From positions 1-59,050 of the forward strand of contig JAVBPX010000002.1 in assembly GCA_031549365.1 (NCBI GenBank): 59,050 bases of DNA, given 5' to 3'. Origin of the DNA: Alphaproteobacteria bacterium. Its GTDB lineage: Bacteria > Pseudomonadota > Alphaproteobacteria > Rs-D84. Below the pieces are notes generated by a model, which saw nothing but the letters and a program-made list of their open reading frames with translations, did not search any database and was not told the DNA's origin. This document shows positions 11,101-19,434 of this stretch, one piece after another; the first letter of the stretch is position 1, and each line of letters starts with the position of its first letter. A program made the translations under genes and the position numbers.

Positions 11101-11285
11101 GAATTTTTTACATCGCCCGCGACATCCCAATAATCCGCGGACGCGTTGATTGGTGGATCACCAGCATCGATTTGAATTTCGGCACAAATGCCGTCATCAC
11201 AGTCGGAATCCCATGCGGCGCGCGCATCCCAAGTTGCAATTGGCGCAATCATGGACAGTAATAAAAAAATACCCTTTTTAAACAC
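5166..11285 (-). CDS. Large autotransporter (type V secretion) surface protein, 2039 aa
   Basis: Signal peptide, long G/N/S/D/I-rich beta-helix-like passenger, C-terminal beta-barrel ending in aromatic F (VGAEFRF); GTG start. Confidence 0.85.
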   Translation of the reverse strand: MFKKGIFLLLSMIAPIATWDARAAWDSDCDDGICAEIQIDAGDPPINASADYWDVAGDVKNSETLSLTQTGTTNSSIGGNVYNGTVDGINLDPLNNGDAVTISLDFSTLTIGGDVINVASDISNNPSMLINIRDGGFLTVNGDFYSGTFSNFVQAKDTAITQINAGSGSQLIFQNIANYGFEFNIISGGSLEIASVSNGYGSMELQGNDNIHVAGDVVNLGTSLILSSIGMSNSSILIDGYVENSAGNLLINSDNGIVVGDYVSVDNGSTTILSLNAVPGTNREISIGGGLVIDSGDVSISNLSDGAIRIDGNVLIANSGLLSFDSSGDIFVGGIDIDATSHVNIHAGEIGNMIVDALGVLDIAGNLNLNGTEEGNGSLNILDSKTFTVTHSGADNIIVAGSINIADTYSLILSGGGFQSNNISNMGSFSADGASGSYNGTAKISDMISSNGSATDSFVLQDFALIEIGMDPGAGLVSIENLSGSMILSTSSGSINIGYDVVNSANISMVGDNISMGGDLNNSNKFGVDGLVWSVSGDVNNTGYMLSGNDNVYAAGDEISVLNSTTITGDLNLSGANTVFALRTGTFSAGNLSTLFQSNIKTFVLNLTNDEINTGNIYNGTTDLVAFNLNSDMYLTADILVASGDVINTGNILNMSASLNPVFIGGNLYSGTIDGINKILGNNSITTINSIDSIRVEKDIVNFGAQMDITSVPGAFSVFGSVINNSVLNVSANVIQFGANGSASSVENNVGAMMVVDSATYILLAGSAGLINSGDLTMTANEGFISVSDGALLNNAGAELIFVSQKAAGGAEIILQSVSNKGVLTFSSGLVSVKEHVENLFGAVQTINAEDSFVFGNGGPSYLDNAGTFTLNMGIYGAGVFNGYFENSGVASLSFNSLMVFGDMDNSGLMTLDFLGTNGYLEIYDDMNISDSVDSKIVVVGASGAKMKIFGDANIGGDLISLATADSANGSLNIRINGFELSSDSNIIIDGDILTSQALSIITDQLTGTISGGDWTNNGAGNVSLTSTSASFLDVVNNAVMSWDLADIATVNSFNSASGKLDLTGTALNSDSDINLSGSIVMDGTNTATGGGINILSALYSITSISGDIVLDSIVVDSGMDLSVGAENIIVNGYIDNAGTLDMIANDTIDVTGNSINSGTAGWSAESINFAGILRNSGTMTLVSSIDTFVNHLITDAGTTSQLNLDTYILDGNNVSVAGLRAGDISIAGEIINDGSTTNYGGSANVFRDNFTFITTGAFQTQGGIVNSQTLTIDSGATVTIADGITNNSDLFIKTVGNTVISGVSVNNAGSNLMVDAGAASVFFGNLTNLSSASIILDGGTMQFGNVVNSGEMDWNAVSVVSVSSLKTNQNADSQLNITGTKLVSSYLFDVGGNLIYGAVSDFNSAGSVNILNTYNYTIVADSINVDGDITQASKTLTIDSKNVTVNGGLNRLSGNMIFKSSYAYYDGIGLNNGLNVSVGTDVSEGVKFNQLTSLNIGGNYIFNDVSALNIAVDDLTRTTPYVTVGGDFITNLTNGNNGRQISISLFDVLNLDANSEITLIHVDGDITELGDSVMRFLNVYFCNLTGTQCVDLASTTNASGDLNPQDIVSGPDNDFAYIYYLLGDHDIKIVFDPDKSPAKIQEIQPIVEVSDSPTSNDVQTAGAMDSLIEMGLINGGWNPDFSHNYLPVITTLLPNSPFSGIMQELYPLLQNYELDNNPDPIRDFVSLFNIRGAEQIAHSISLSNRNMASTVSGQIMDTFLWKRNINRNNLWADLSYSMISLDGISYGSPDGNMLTGLAGFDRRINRNLIFGGFMGGARNDMEIKINNPKTTDTSVHFGVYGIMGRKEAVKLYGNLMVSLHEFDIEREQQYVGHLSGSGSAFGVSTEWGIVHKIWGVYAAGRGYIRAGYYSGYDYTEQESDNDYMVVEQDAYVSITPGYEATLGKNIYITRMSYLRPFIGLGIEYDVMGMDNLDTSFHFAGTNGNFDYSGVSSDGFWMNARAGVEFAHAYGTSVNVSYEYHYNADAVVNTLRVGAEFRF

Positions 11286-11419
11286 GCGAAATTCCCTAAT
11301 GATTTATATTCATTTTATTATAACAAATTAAGAATTTTCGACCAAGTGTTTTTTTGATTATTTTCGCAAAAAATATAAAAAAGCCACCGTATTGGTGGCG
11401 TAAATTTAATTGCTGATAA

Positions 11420-12538
11420 TTAAAATTGAATACGCAACCGCGCGCCAATATCAACGGATGACAAGCTACCCTTTTCACGCGCATTGGTATAATGATATGT
11501 TGCCGTATAAAGCGCATCATCCGATCCACCATTCATTGGCCCTGCGGTCCATTCATCCTGGGTTACGACAACCGAGCCAGATGATTCAACATTACCCAAG
11601 CCCATATAACGTGCAAATAAATCCAATTTTAACCCACCAGACAGGTCTGTTGTAACACCGCCCTCTAACATATATGTGAAATTTTCAGTTGTGCCACCGG
11701 AATGATATGCTGTAATGTTATTTACCGCAGTCAAATCCCCCGGCTGAGTTTGATCTGTCACCAAATTATACCCTTCTGCATCATAAACCATGTAATCCGA
11801 AATTGTGTTTTGACCAAATCCAATACCCGCACCAACATACGGATGCAATTTTCCACCCAACATATTACCCATGTACGCATCCAAATTATAATATAAATTC
11901 AACATGGTTGTTGACGCATTAATGCTGCCATCATATGCTGGGACCGTTGCCATGAAACCGCCGACGTCGGTTTTAACCTCGTCCGGATACGATATCCCGG
12001 AATAACGAGTATATGAAAAATCAATTCGGAATTCAGAATTAATCGCGGCACCCAATGATACTGAAAATGGGATTACTGTATCTGTTTTAAAATCAGCCTC
12101 GGCCGCGGCACCAGGAATTGGCAATGGGCCAATCGAATCCGCGCTATATGTATCATACCCATCAGCCTGCATTCCGCCCATGGTGGACACGGAATATCCA
12201 ACGCCCAATCCAATATATAAACCACTGTCGGCCAAACGATCATACATCCCTGGATCATAATATTTGCGTTGATTTGACGCGCTTTTCCCAATATTTGGAA
12301 CAGACCCAGAAACACGTGTCGGCTGCGCCGTTTGTGCGACATACCCTGTTGGGGCATATTGCGTTGGCACGGATCCTGCGTTCACAGGAACATAACCCGT
12401 TGTATATTGTGCAGGAGCCTGTTGATAACCGTAATATCCGTTTTGTTGTTGAACAACTGGCTGATACACGGTCGCAGCACTGGCGACACCGCCCGACAAT
12501 AACATTGCCGAAAATATGGAAAAAATCTTTGCCTTCAT
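11420..12538 (-). CDS. Outer-membrane beta-barrel protein (opacity/porin-like) with Q/Y/P-rich N-terminus
   Basis: Signal peptide, MLNLYYN, PYVGAGIG, C-terminal GARLRIQF. Confidence 0.8.
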   Translation of the reverse strand: MKAKIFSIFSAMLLSGGVASAATVYQPVVQQQNGYYGYQQAPAQYTTGYVPVNAGSVPTQYAPTGYVAQTAQPTRVSGSVPNIGKSASNQRKYYDPGMYDRLADSGLYIGLGVGYSVSTMGGMQADGYDTYSADSIGPLPIPGAAAEADFKTDTVIPFSVSLGAAINSEFRIDFSYTRYSGISYPDEVKTDVGGFMATVPAYDGSINASTTMLNLYYNLDAYMGNMLGGKLHPYVGAGIGFGQNTISDYMVYDAEGYNLVTDQTQPGDLTAVNNITAYHSGGTTENFTYMLEGGVTTDLSGGLKLDLFARYMGLGNVESSGSVVVTQDEWTAGPMNGGSDDALYTATYHYTNAREKGSLSSVDIGARLRIQF

Positions 12539-12579
12539 ATTAAATTCCTTTCCTCTTATTTTTTCATTATATCATAAAT

Positions 12580-13392
12580 TCATTTTCGCGCCAAGCGCTT
12601 TTTTATATCGTATCCAAACCACAAAATTATACCAACCGCAATCATTACGCCAGATAACAATTGGCCCATGGTTAATCCCCACGATGTTAAATATCCAATT
12701 TGAATGTCTGGTTCACGAAACTGTTCCGCAAAAATTCGAAAGGCCGCATATGCTAATACAAACACGGACGCAACACGACCAGGAGTTTTTTTCAAATTGG
12801 TTTTATAAAATACAAATAACATTATTATGAATAATACTATGCCTTCCAGCCCTGCTTCGTATAATGGACTGGCGTGGCGCGGCTCTGCATTTGGAAATTG
12901 TTCGAAAACAATCCCCCATGGCTTATCCGTTACACGGCCCATTACTTCCATATTAATAAAATTTGCAATGCGACCCAAAAATAACCCAATCGGCACAACC
13001 ACCGCCGATATATCCAATAACGACAATGCATTTATTTTTTTAATATGTGCGAACAAAAACACCGAGATTAAAACACCAATTGCGCCGCCATGGAACGACA
13101 TTCCGCCAGACCAGATTGCAAAAATTTCCAACGGATGTGTGATAAAATAATCCAAATTATAAAATAAACAATAACCCAATCGCCCGCCAAGAATCACGCC
13201 CAAAATTCCATAAACCCATGTATCATCCCAAAATTTTTTATCGCCATTTATTCCGACTGATGGACCCAATTTTTTTAACAACCAGAATCCAAATATAAAA
13301 CCCAAAATATACGCGACTGCATACCAGCGCAATCCAAAACCAGCAATATTAATCGCGACCGGATCAATTGTTGGAACCATGATTGAAAACAT
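12580..13392 (-). CDS. lgt: Prolipoprotein diacylglyceryl transferase
   Basis: RWYA, GGRLGY, GGMSFHGG, GRIANFIN.E..GR, HASPLYE. Confidence 0.96.
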   Translation of the reverse strand: MFSIMVPTIDPVAINIAGFGLRWYAVAYILGFIFGFWLLKKLGPSVGINGDKKFWDDTWVYGILGVILGGRLGYCLFYNLDYFITHPLEIFAIWSGGMSFHGGAIGVLISVFLFAHIKKINALSLLDISAVVVPIGLFLGRIANFINMEVMGRVTDKPWGIVFEQFPNAEPRHASPLYEAGLEGIVLFIIMLFVFYKTNLKKTPGRVASVFVLAYAAFRIFAEQFREPDIQIGYLTSWGLTMGQLLSGVMIAVGIILWFGYDIKKRLARK

Positions 13393-13512
13393 GTTAAATC
13401 CCCCTTTGGGCTACCACGCCATCATAGCGCGTTTATATATATTATGTCAAACCTCTTGATTTTGGGTTTAAAAAATATTATATTAATCAACGATAACCAT
13501 TCGGAGGAAAAA

Positions 13513-14250
13513 ATGGCAAAAAAAATAATTAACCTTAAATCTGATGGCACTCCATCAACCCGCTTTCAGGGATATTTGCAAAAAATATTCGCACAAATGT
13601 TTATGGCCGTCGGCATCACAGCATTAACAACATACGCAACATTACAATGGGGGTTGAATTTAATTTTTTCAATTCACGATGGCGGAAGCGTCGGATTATC
13701 ACCATTGTTCTGGATTGTAACATTCGGCGGATTGGGCGTAGCTTTATTCGCACAATACAAAGCATTTTCATTAAAACCAATGACCGCACGCATTTTATTG
13801 GGAATTTATGCAATATCAATTGGATTTGTAACTGCACCTATGATTGCAATGGTATTGAACATGGACCCGACAATTGTGTTCAAAGCATTTGTATTGGCCG
13901 CATTGATGTTCGGATGCATGGCCTTGTTTGGATATAAAACCCAAAAAGACTTATCGTTCTTGGGCGTATTTTTGTTCATGGGAATGATCGGATTGATTAT
14001 TGCCGGCATTGTGTCATTTTTCTGGGTGTCCGATATGTATGTAACAATCGTATCCGCAATCGGCGTATTGATTTTTGCATTATTCACAGCATACGATATG
14101 CAATATTTGAAAAATGCGTATACACATCTGGATTTGGAAAAAAATGACGAATTGCGCGAACAAATGGCGGTTGCCGGCGCACTGCATTTATACATCAGCT
14201 TTGTTGCCTTGTTCAGATACATATTGACTCTGTTATCCCAACGCAATTAA
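13513..14250 (+). CDS. Bax inhibitor-1/YccA family membrane protein
   Basis: About 7 TM segments, KDLSFLG, FTAYDMQ, GALHLY; ATG after GGAGG. Confidence 0.9.
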   Translation: MAKKIINLKSDGTPSTRFQGYLQKIFAQMFMAVGITALTTYATLQWGLNLIFSIHDGGSVGLSPLFWIVTFGGLGVALFAQYKAFSLKPMTARILLGIYAISIGFVTAPMIAMVLNMDPTIVFKAFVLAALMFGCMALFGYKTQKDLSFLGVFLFMGMIGLIIAGIVSFFWVSDMYVTIVSAIGVLIFALFTAYDMQYLKNAYTHLDLEKNDELREQMAVAGALHLYISFVALFRYILTLLSQRN

Positions 14251-14271
14251 TTAAAACGCTGAAACCTTAAA

Positions 14272-14294
14272 GCCCGCCATCTGGCGGGTTTTTT
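14272..14294 (+). terminator. Rho-independent terminator
   Basis: GCCCGCCA-TC-TGGCGGGT followed by a T run. Confidence 0.7.
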
Positions 14295-14345
14295 AACCAT
14301 AAAAAATGCGGCCAATTGGCCGCATCAATCTTTTAAAACACCAAA

Positions 14346-14525
14346 TTACGAAGGCATTTTTGTTTCTGTGAATTCAACGTGTTTACGAACCTTTGGGTCG
14401 TATTTGCGCATTTTCATTTTCCCTTGGGTGTTTTCAGATTTTGTATTTTTCTTTTTTGTGTAATAAAAACCTGTTTCTGGGTTGCGCATGCGAACGATCA
14501 CAGATGCTGATTTCTTGGTTGCCAT
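14346..14525 (-). CDS. rpmG: 50S ribosomal protein L33 (59 aa, missing from ORF track)
   Basis: Manual translation MATKKSASVIVRMRNPETGFYYTKKKNTKSENTQGKMKMRKYDPKVRKHVEFTETKMPS. Confidence 0.95.
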   Translation of the reverse strand: MATKKSASVIVRMRNPETGFYYTKKKNTKSENTQGKMKMRKYDPKVRKHVEFTETKMPS

Positions 14526-14589
14526 TTTGATATCCTTTGGTTTATAACTTGGCTATTCTATGGGTTATTTTAATAAAATGCAAGCGTTT

Positions 14590-14784
14590 TTATTCGGTCG
14601 CGCCATTGTTCCCATTATCAACGGCAATTGCACCAACTGGGCAAACAGATGCACAAGTGCCACATGAAACGCATTTTGCTGGATCAATTTGAAATTGTGC
14701 CCCATTGTGCGCAATTGCAGCCACCGGACAAACCGCTGCGCAAGTTCCGCAAGAAATACATTGATTATTAATTTTATATGCCAT
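14590..14784 (-). CDS. 2[4Fe-4S] ferredoxin
   Basis: MAYKINNQCISCGTCAAVCP...CVSCGTCASVCP; two CxxCxxCxxxCP motifs. Confidence 0.93.
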   Translation of the reverse strand: MAYKINNQCISCGTCAAVCPVAAIAHNGAQFQIDPAKCVSCGTCASVCPVGAIAVDNGNNGATE

Positions 14785-14794
14785 TTTAGCCCCC

Positions 14795-16573
14795 TTAATT
14801 GTTTTCAGCAAATTGAACATCGTATAATTTTTTATACATGCCACGTTTTTTCATCAATTGTGAATGGTTACCCTGTTCCACAATTTGACCATTTTTAATC
14901 ACACAAATCATATCGGCGCCCAAAATTGTGGATAACCGGTGTGCAATGACAAAGGTTGTGCGCCCAACCATTAATTTTTCCAATGCCGTTTGTATCAAGC
15001 GTTCAGATTGGGTGTCCAATGCGGATGTAGCCTCGTCCAACAATAAAATCGGGGCATTTTTTAATAATGCACGAGCAATTGCAATACGCTGACGTTGACC
15101 GCCAGATAAACGCGCCCCGCGTTCGCCAATAACTGTGTTGTATCCTTCCGGAAATTCAGATATGAAATCGTGTGCATTGGCCAATTTTGCTGCGGCTTGG
15201 ATTTCTTTTTGTGTTGCAGACAAATCGCCATATTTAATGTTATCTGCGATTGTGCCGCTGAATAAAAATACGTCTTGGGAAACCTCGGCTATGCTTTCAC
15301 GCAATGAATCCACCGTATATTCACGAATGTCGTGTTTGTTGATTTTAATTGCGCCGGAATTAACATCATAAAAACGCGTAATTAAATTGACCATGGTTGA
15401 TTTACCGCCGCCAGATGGACCGACAAATGCGCAAACCTGACCCGGTTTAACATTTAAATTAATATCATGCAGTACGTCACCATCAATTTCATTATATGCA
15501 AAATTAACATGATCAAATTCAACCGATAATTTTCCACGCTTTAATTCAATTGCATTTTTTGCATTCCGGATTTTTGGTTTCATATCCAAAAATTCATAAA
15601 TTGATTCGGCTGCAATTAAACCAGATTGAACTGCACCATTAATACGCGTTAATGATTTCAAAGGCTTGTACGCCGCAGTCATTGCTAAAATAAATGCAAC
15701 AAAATCACCTGTTGTCATAACCCCAGATGAAATAAATTTGCCGCCCAACAATAATGATCCGGCCAAACCCAGGCTGATTAATACCTCTAATATTGGGGTA
15801 CGTAGGCCACTCAGATTTATGCTCTTTACATTTGTTTTGACTGTACTGGCTTCGATATCATACATTTTTTTGGTTTCCAATTCTTCACGATTATATGATT
15901 GAATTGTTTTGATTCCCTGTAAACTTTGATTAATATGGGAACTGGATTCCGCGGCCAGGCCGAATGTTTTTCGTGTAACTTTCCTCATTTTTCGCGTAAT
16001 AATAACAAACGGAATTAATATCGCCGGCGCCAAAATTACAATAACCCCCAACATATGCGGAGCATAATAAATCATCATTCCAACCATAGCCAAAACCGTG
16101 ACAGCATCCTTGATCACATCAACAATAACCTTGGTCGATACGTTTAATACAGCGCCCGCTTCGACCGTGTAATAATTCATCAAACGACCAATCGGTTTAT
16201 TAAAGAAAAATCCCATATCCAAACACATCATTTGTCGAAACAAACGTTTACGCAAATACGTGGCCGCATTGGCCCCGGCACGCCCCATAAACATTGTATT
16301 TAAATATCCAAACAATCCTTTGGTCGCATATGCCGCAATGATTTGCAAACCAACAATATATAATATGTCCATATTTTTGCTGAAAAACCCCTCGTCAACA
16401 ACGCGTTTTACCAATGTGATGGAATAAGCCTCGGCCCCGGCGGCAACCAACATGGCCAAAATGGACAATATGATTAATTTCATTTGCGGCTTTGCAATGT
16501 CATTAAAAATACGTTTATACAAACCCAATTGAACGGTCTTTGATTTGTCGATTTTTTTATCTTTTTTTGCCAT
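14795..16573 (-). CDS. msbA: MsbA-like ABC exporter (TMD + ATPase)
   Basis: TM domain, Walker A GPSGGGKS, LSGGQRQR, LLLDEATSALD. Confidence 0.8.
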   Translation of the reverse strand: MAKKDKKIDKSKTVQLGLYKRIFNDIAKPQMKLIILSILAMLVAAGAEAYSITLVKRVVDEGFFSKNMDILYIVGLQIIAAYATKGLFGYLNTMFMGRAGANAATYLRKRLFRQMMCLDMGFFFNKPIGRLMNYYTVEAGAVLNVSTKVIVDVIKDAVTVLAMVGMMIYYAPHMLGVIVILAPAILIPFVIITRKMRKVTRKTFGLAAESSSHINQSLQGIKTIQSYNREELETKKMYDIEASTVKTNVKSINLSGLRTPILEVLISLGLAGSLLLGGKFISSGVMTTGDFVAFILAMTAAYKPLKSLTRINGAVQSGLIAAESIYEFLDMKPKIRNAKNAIELKRGKLSVEFDHVNFAYNEIDGDVLHDINLNVKPGQVCAFVGPSGGGKSTMVNLITRFYDVNSGAIKINKHDIREYTVDSLRESIAEVSQDVFLFSGTIADNIKYGDLSATQKEIQAAAKLANAHDFISEFPEGYNTVIGERGARLSGGQRQRIAIARALLKNAPILLLDEATSALDTQSERLIQTALEKLMVGRTTFVIAHRLSTILGADMICVIKNGQIVEQGNHSQLMKKRGMYKKLYDVQFAENN

Positions 16574-16624
16574 AAATTACCTTTTAATATTGTGTAATGT
16601 GCATTATAACCCATGTTTTTCCCA

Positions 16625-16653
16625 TTGACAAGTAGTAAATATCGCCATATAAT
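16625..16653 (+). promoter_or_regulatory. Consensus sigma70 promoter for tRNA-Lys
   Basis: TTGACA-N17-TATAAT, 16 nt upstream of the tRNA. Confidence 0.85.
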
Positions 16654-16669
16654 CCAGGCCATAAACTTC

Positions 16670-16745
16670 GGGTGCGTAGCTCAGATGGTAGAGCAAATGA
16701 CTCTTAATCATTGGGTCCGGGGTTCGAGTCCCCGCGCGCCCACCA
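16670..16745 (+). tRNA. tRNA-Lys(CTT)
   Basis: 76-nt cloverleaf GGGTGCG...AATGA CTCTTAA TCATT...GGTTCGAGTCC...CGCGCCC ACCA. Confidence 0.95.
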
Positions 16746-16946
16746 CTTAAATTAAAAAACGCTTACTCGCTTTTTAATTTAAACACAATAACATACGGGA
16801 CTCGAACTTCCCGAAATTCTTTCGGAGTTCGATGACGGCGAAACATACAAATCAAAGATTTGTTGTTTCTATTTCGTAAAAATAAATATTATTAACATTT
16901 ATTTTTACTACACCGCACGCCCACCACTTAAATTAAAAAACACTTA
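16732..16946 (+). repeat. 34-bp direct repeat of the tRNA-Lys 3' end (16732-16765 and 16913-16946) enclosing a multi-hairpin spacer
   Basis: CCGCGCGCCCACCACTTAAATTAAAAAACGCTTA vs CCGCACGCCCACCACTTAAATTAAAAAACACTTA, 2 mismatches. Confidence 0.85.
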
Positions 16947-16947
16947 T

Positions 16948-17160
16948 ATGAATAAAAACTCTAATATATTATCAGAACAAGAAAAAATCGAATTAGCCAA
17001 TGCTATTATTGCAATCGATGCGCATTTTGCGAATCCAAATTTTGAAAAAATCCAGGCCGAAAATCGCAATCACGTTAATGACACCGCCGAATTTATCGCC
17101 GAAAAACAAACTGAATTACAAACTGAAATTATAAAAAATATTTTGAGATATGGTCGTTAA
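16948..17160 (+). CDS. Hypothetical protein (70 aa)
   Basis: Clean ORF followed by a hairpin terminator. Confidence 0.55.
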   Translation: MNKNSNILSEQEKIELANAIIAIDAHFANPNFEKIQAENRNHVNDTAEFIAEKQTELQTEIIKNILRYGR

Positions 17161-17220
17161 AAAATTAAAATTTAAACCAAAAATGGGCCCAACCGGGCCC
17201 ATTTTATAATCACGATGATA

Positions 17221-17358
17221 TTATTTACATCCGATTACGCGTGGAATCGAAATCATTGGGTGCAATAAATAATCATAATCACATTTTCCTTCGTGGTATG
17301 AACCTGTGCAAGCAGCCAAAGTCAATACAGCAAAAGCCAACAATACTAATTTTTTCAT
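17221..17358 (-). CDS. YhfL/DUF4223-like small lipoprotein (45 aa, missing from ORF track)
   Basis: MKKLVLLAFAVLTLAACTGSYHEGKCDYDYLLHPMISIPRVIGCK has a LAAC lipobox and the C.YDYLLHP.ISI motif of E. coli YhfL; AAGGA RBS. Confidence 0.8.
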   Translation of the reverse strand: MKKLVLLAFAVLTLAACTGSYHEGKCDYDYLLHPMISIPRVIGCK

Positions 17359-17512
17359 GATCTTTCCTTTTGTTTTATCCATGGAACCGATTATCCTGGT
17401 CCAAATATTTTTAACTTATTTACGATTAACTGTCAAGGCAAAACGTAAAAAGTCTTTGACCTCATCTTATAAAAACCCCGAATTACCGGGGCTTTTAATC
17501 GCTGATTTGAAT

Positions 17513-18541
17513 TTATTCCCAATCCAAGACGACCTTGCCGGAATTACCGGAACACATTGCTTCGAAACCCAATTCAAAATCATCGATTTTGAAACGATGC
17601 GTAATGATATCGGACATATCCAATCCGCCTTCGATCATAGCGCCCATTTTATACCAAGTTTCAAACATTTCACGACCATAAATTCCTTTGAGGAATAATC
17701 CTTTGAAAATAACATCGTTATCCCATTCGATTGATGTTGATTTTGGTAATAATCCCAACAATGAAACTTTGCCCCCATTGTTCATGGATTTTAGTAAATC
17801 ATTAAATGCGTGTGGATTCCCAGACATTTCCAAACCGACGTCAAACCCCTCGGTCATGCCCAATTCAGCCATAACATCCGACAACTTTTCACGCGATACA
17901 TCAATTGCACGTGTTGCGCCCATTTTTTTTGCCAAATCCAGGCGATATGGATTCATATCTGTGATTGCTACATAACGCGCCCCTGCAAATTTTGCAATTC
18001 GTGCCGCCATAATTCCGATTGGACCAGCGCCAGTAATTAATACATCCTCGCCAACCAAATCATATGATAATGCTGTGTGTGTTGCATTTCCCATTGGATC
18101 AAAAATTGATCCCAATTCGTCGCTGATTTTATCGGATAATTTATATAAATTTGTTGCTGGTATTGATAAATATTCCGCAAAACAGCCTTGGCGGTTTACA
18201 CCAATACCAATTGTTTTTGGACATAAATGACGTTTACCTGCGCGACAATTGCGGCAATTTCCACATACGATGTGGCCTTCGCCTGATACGCGGTCGCCAA
18301 TGGAATAACCCGTTACATTTTTTCCCAATTCAACAATTTCGCCTGCGAATTCATGACCAACCACCATTGGCACAGGGATTGTTTTTTGCGACCATTCGTC
18401 CCAATTATAAATGTGAACATCGGTTCCGCAAATCGCTGTTTTTTTAATTTTTACCAAAACATCATTATCGCCAATTTTTGGCATCGGAACATCTTCCATC
18501 CATAAACCTTGTTTGGCAAATGATTTGACCAGTGCTTTCAT
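17513..18541 (-). CDS. tdh: L-threonine 3-dehydrogenase
   Basis: [44 protein letters not shown]. Confidence 0.96.
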   Translation of the reverse strand: MKALVKSFAKQGLWMEDVPMPKIGDNDVLVKIKKTAICGTDVHIYNWDEWSQKTIPVPMVVGHEFAGEIVELGKNVTGYSIGDRVSGEGHIVCGNCRNCRAGKRHLCPKTIGIGVNRQGCFAEYLSIPATNLYKLSDKISDELGSIFDPMGNATHTALSYDLVGEDVLITGAGPIGIMAARIAKFAGARYVAITDMNPYRLDLAKKMGATRAIDVSREKLSDVMAELGMTEGFDVGLEMSGNPHAFNDLLKSMNNGGKVSLLGLLPKSTSIEWDNDVIFKGLFLKGIYGREMFETWYKMGAMIEGGLDMSDIITHRFKIDDFELGFEAMCSGNSGKVVLDWE

Positions 18542-18751
18542 AGTACATCTCCTTATTGTGCATGGAATATGGTATCACCAACGATATTTATGTCAAACAA
18601 ATAAATTTTCGCAAATAAATTTTTGTGGGCGTTTTTTTAATAACCGATTGATTTTGGGACTTTTATCATCGGGCCAAATTTGAATAGATTTTTTCGTGCA
18701 ATTGCTGTTTTTTATGATATAATACCGGGACGAAACACAAGGAGAAAACAC

Positions 18752-19369
18752 ATGAACAATTTAAAAGGCACAAAAACCGAGAAAAATTTATTAATCGCAT
18801 TTGCCGGCGAATCCCAAGCCCGCAATCGCTATACTTTCTTTGCATCCAAGGCAAAAAAAGAAGGATTTGAAGCAATTGCAAAAATATTCGAAGAAACAGC
18901 AAACCAAGAAAAAGAACACGCAGAACGTTTGTTCAAATTCCTGGAAGGCGGCGCATTGGAAATTGAATATGCGTTCCCTGCTGGCAAAATTGGAACCACA
19001 TTGGAAAATTTGCGTGCAGCTGCATTTGGCGAACACGAAGAAAACACTGAAATGTATCCAAAATTTGCACAAATCGCCGCCGAAGAAGGTTTTGAAACAA
19101 TCGCCGATGCATTCCGCAACATTGGAATCGCAGAACGTTACCACGAAGCACGTTACACAACATTGGCCGATAAAATTGAACACGGCACATTGTACAAAGC
19201 AGATCGCCCAGTATTATGGCGTTGCACAAACTGTGGAAATTGGGAAATCGGCACAACCGCGCCAACCGTATGTTCCGCATGCGCACATACCCAGGGATAT
19301 TTCGTATCCGAAGCAACAACGGATCGTTGCGATACCCAGGAAGGCTTCTGCGAATTTATCAAAGAATAA
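18752..19369 (+). CDS. rbr: Rubrerythrin
   Basis: LKGTKTEKNLL.AFAGESQARNRY, EKEHA, C-terminal WRCTNCG...CSAC; ATG after AAGGAG. Confidence 0.93.
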   Translation: MNNLKGTKTEKNLLIAFAGESQARNRYTFFASKAKKEGFEAIAKIFEETANQEKEHAERLFKFLEGGALEIEYAFPAGKIGTTLENLRAAAFGEHEENTEMYPKFAQIAAEEGFETIADAFRNIGIAERYHEARYTTLADKIEHGTLYKADRPVLWRCTNCGNWEIGTTAPTVCSACAHTQGYFVSEATTDRCDTQEGFCEFIKE

Positions 19370-19384
19370 ATTTAACACTTTAAT

Positions 19385-19412
19385 AAAAAACTCTGCAATT
19401 GCAGAGTTTTTT
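19385..19412. terminator. Bidirectional terminator
   Basis: AAAAAACTCTGC-AATT-GCAGAGTTTTTT between convergent genes. Confidence 0.75.
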
Positions 19413-19434
19413 ATATGTTTACTTTCAAATATTT

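Noticed and set aside
5195-11149. Many 60-175 aa plus-strand ORFs inside the autotransporter
   Set aside because: Antisense shadows of a long coding gene with biased codon usage; no motifs
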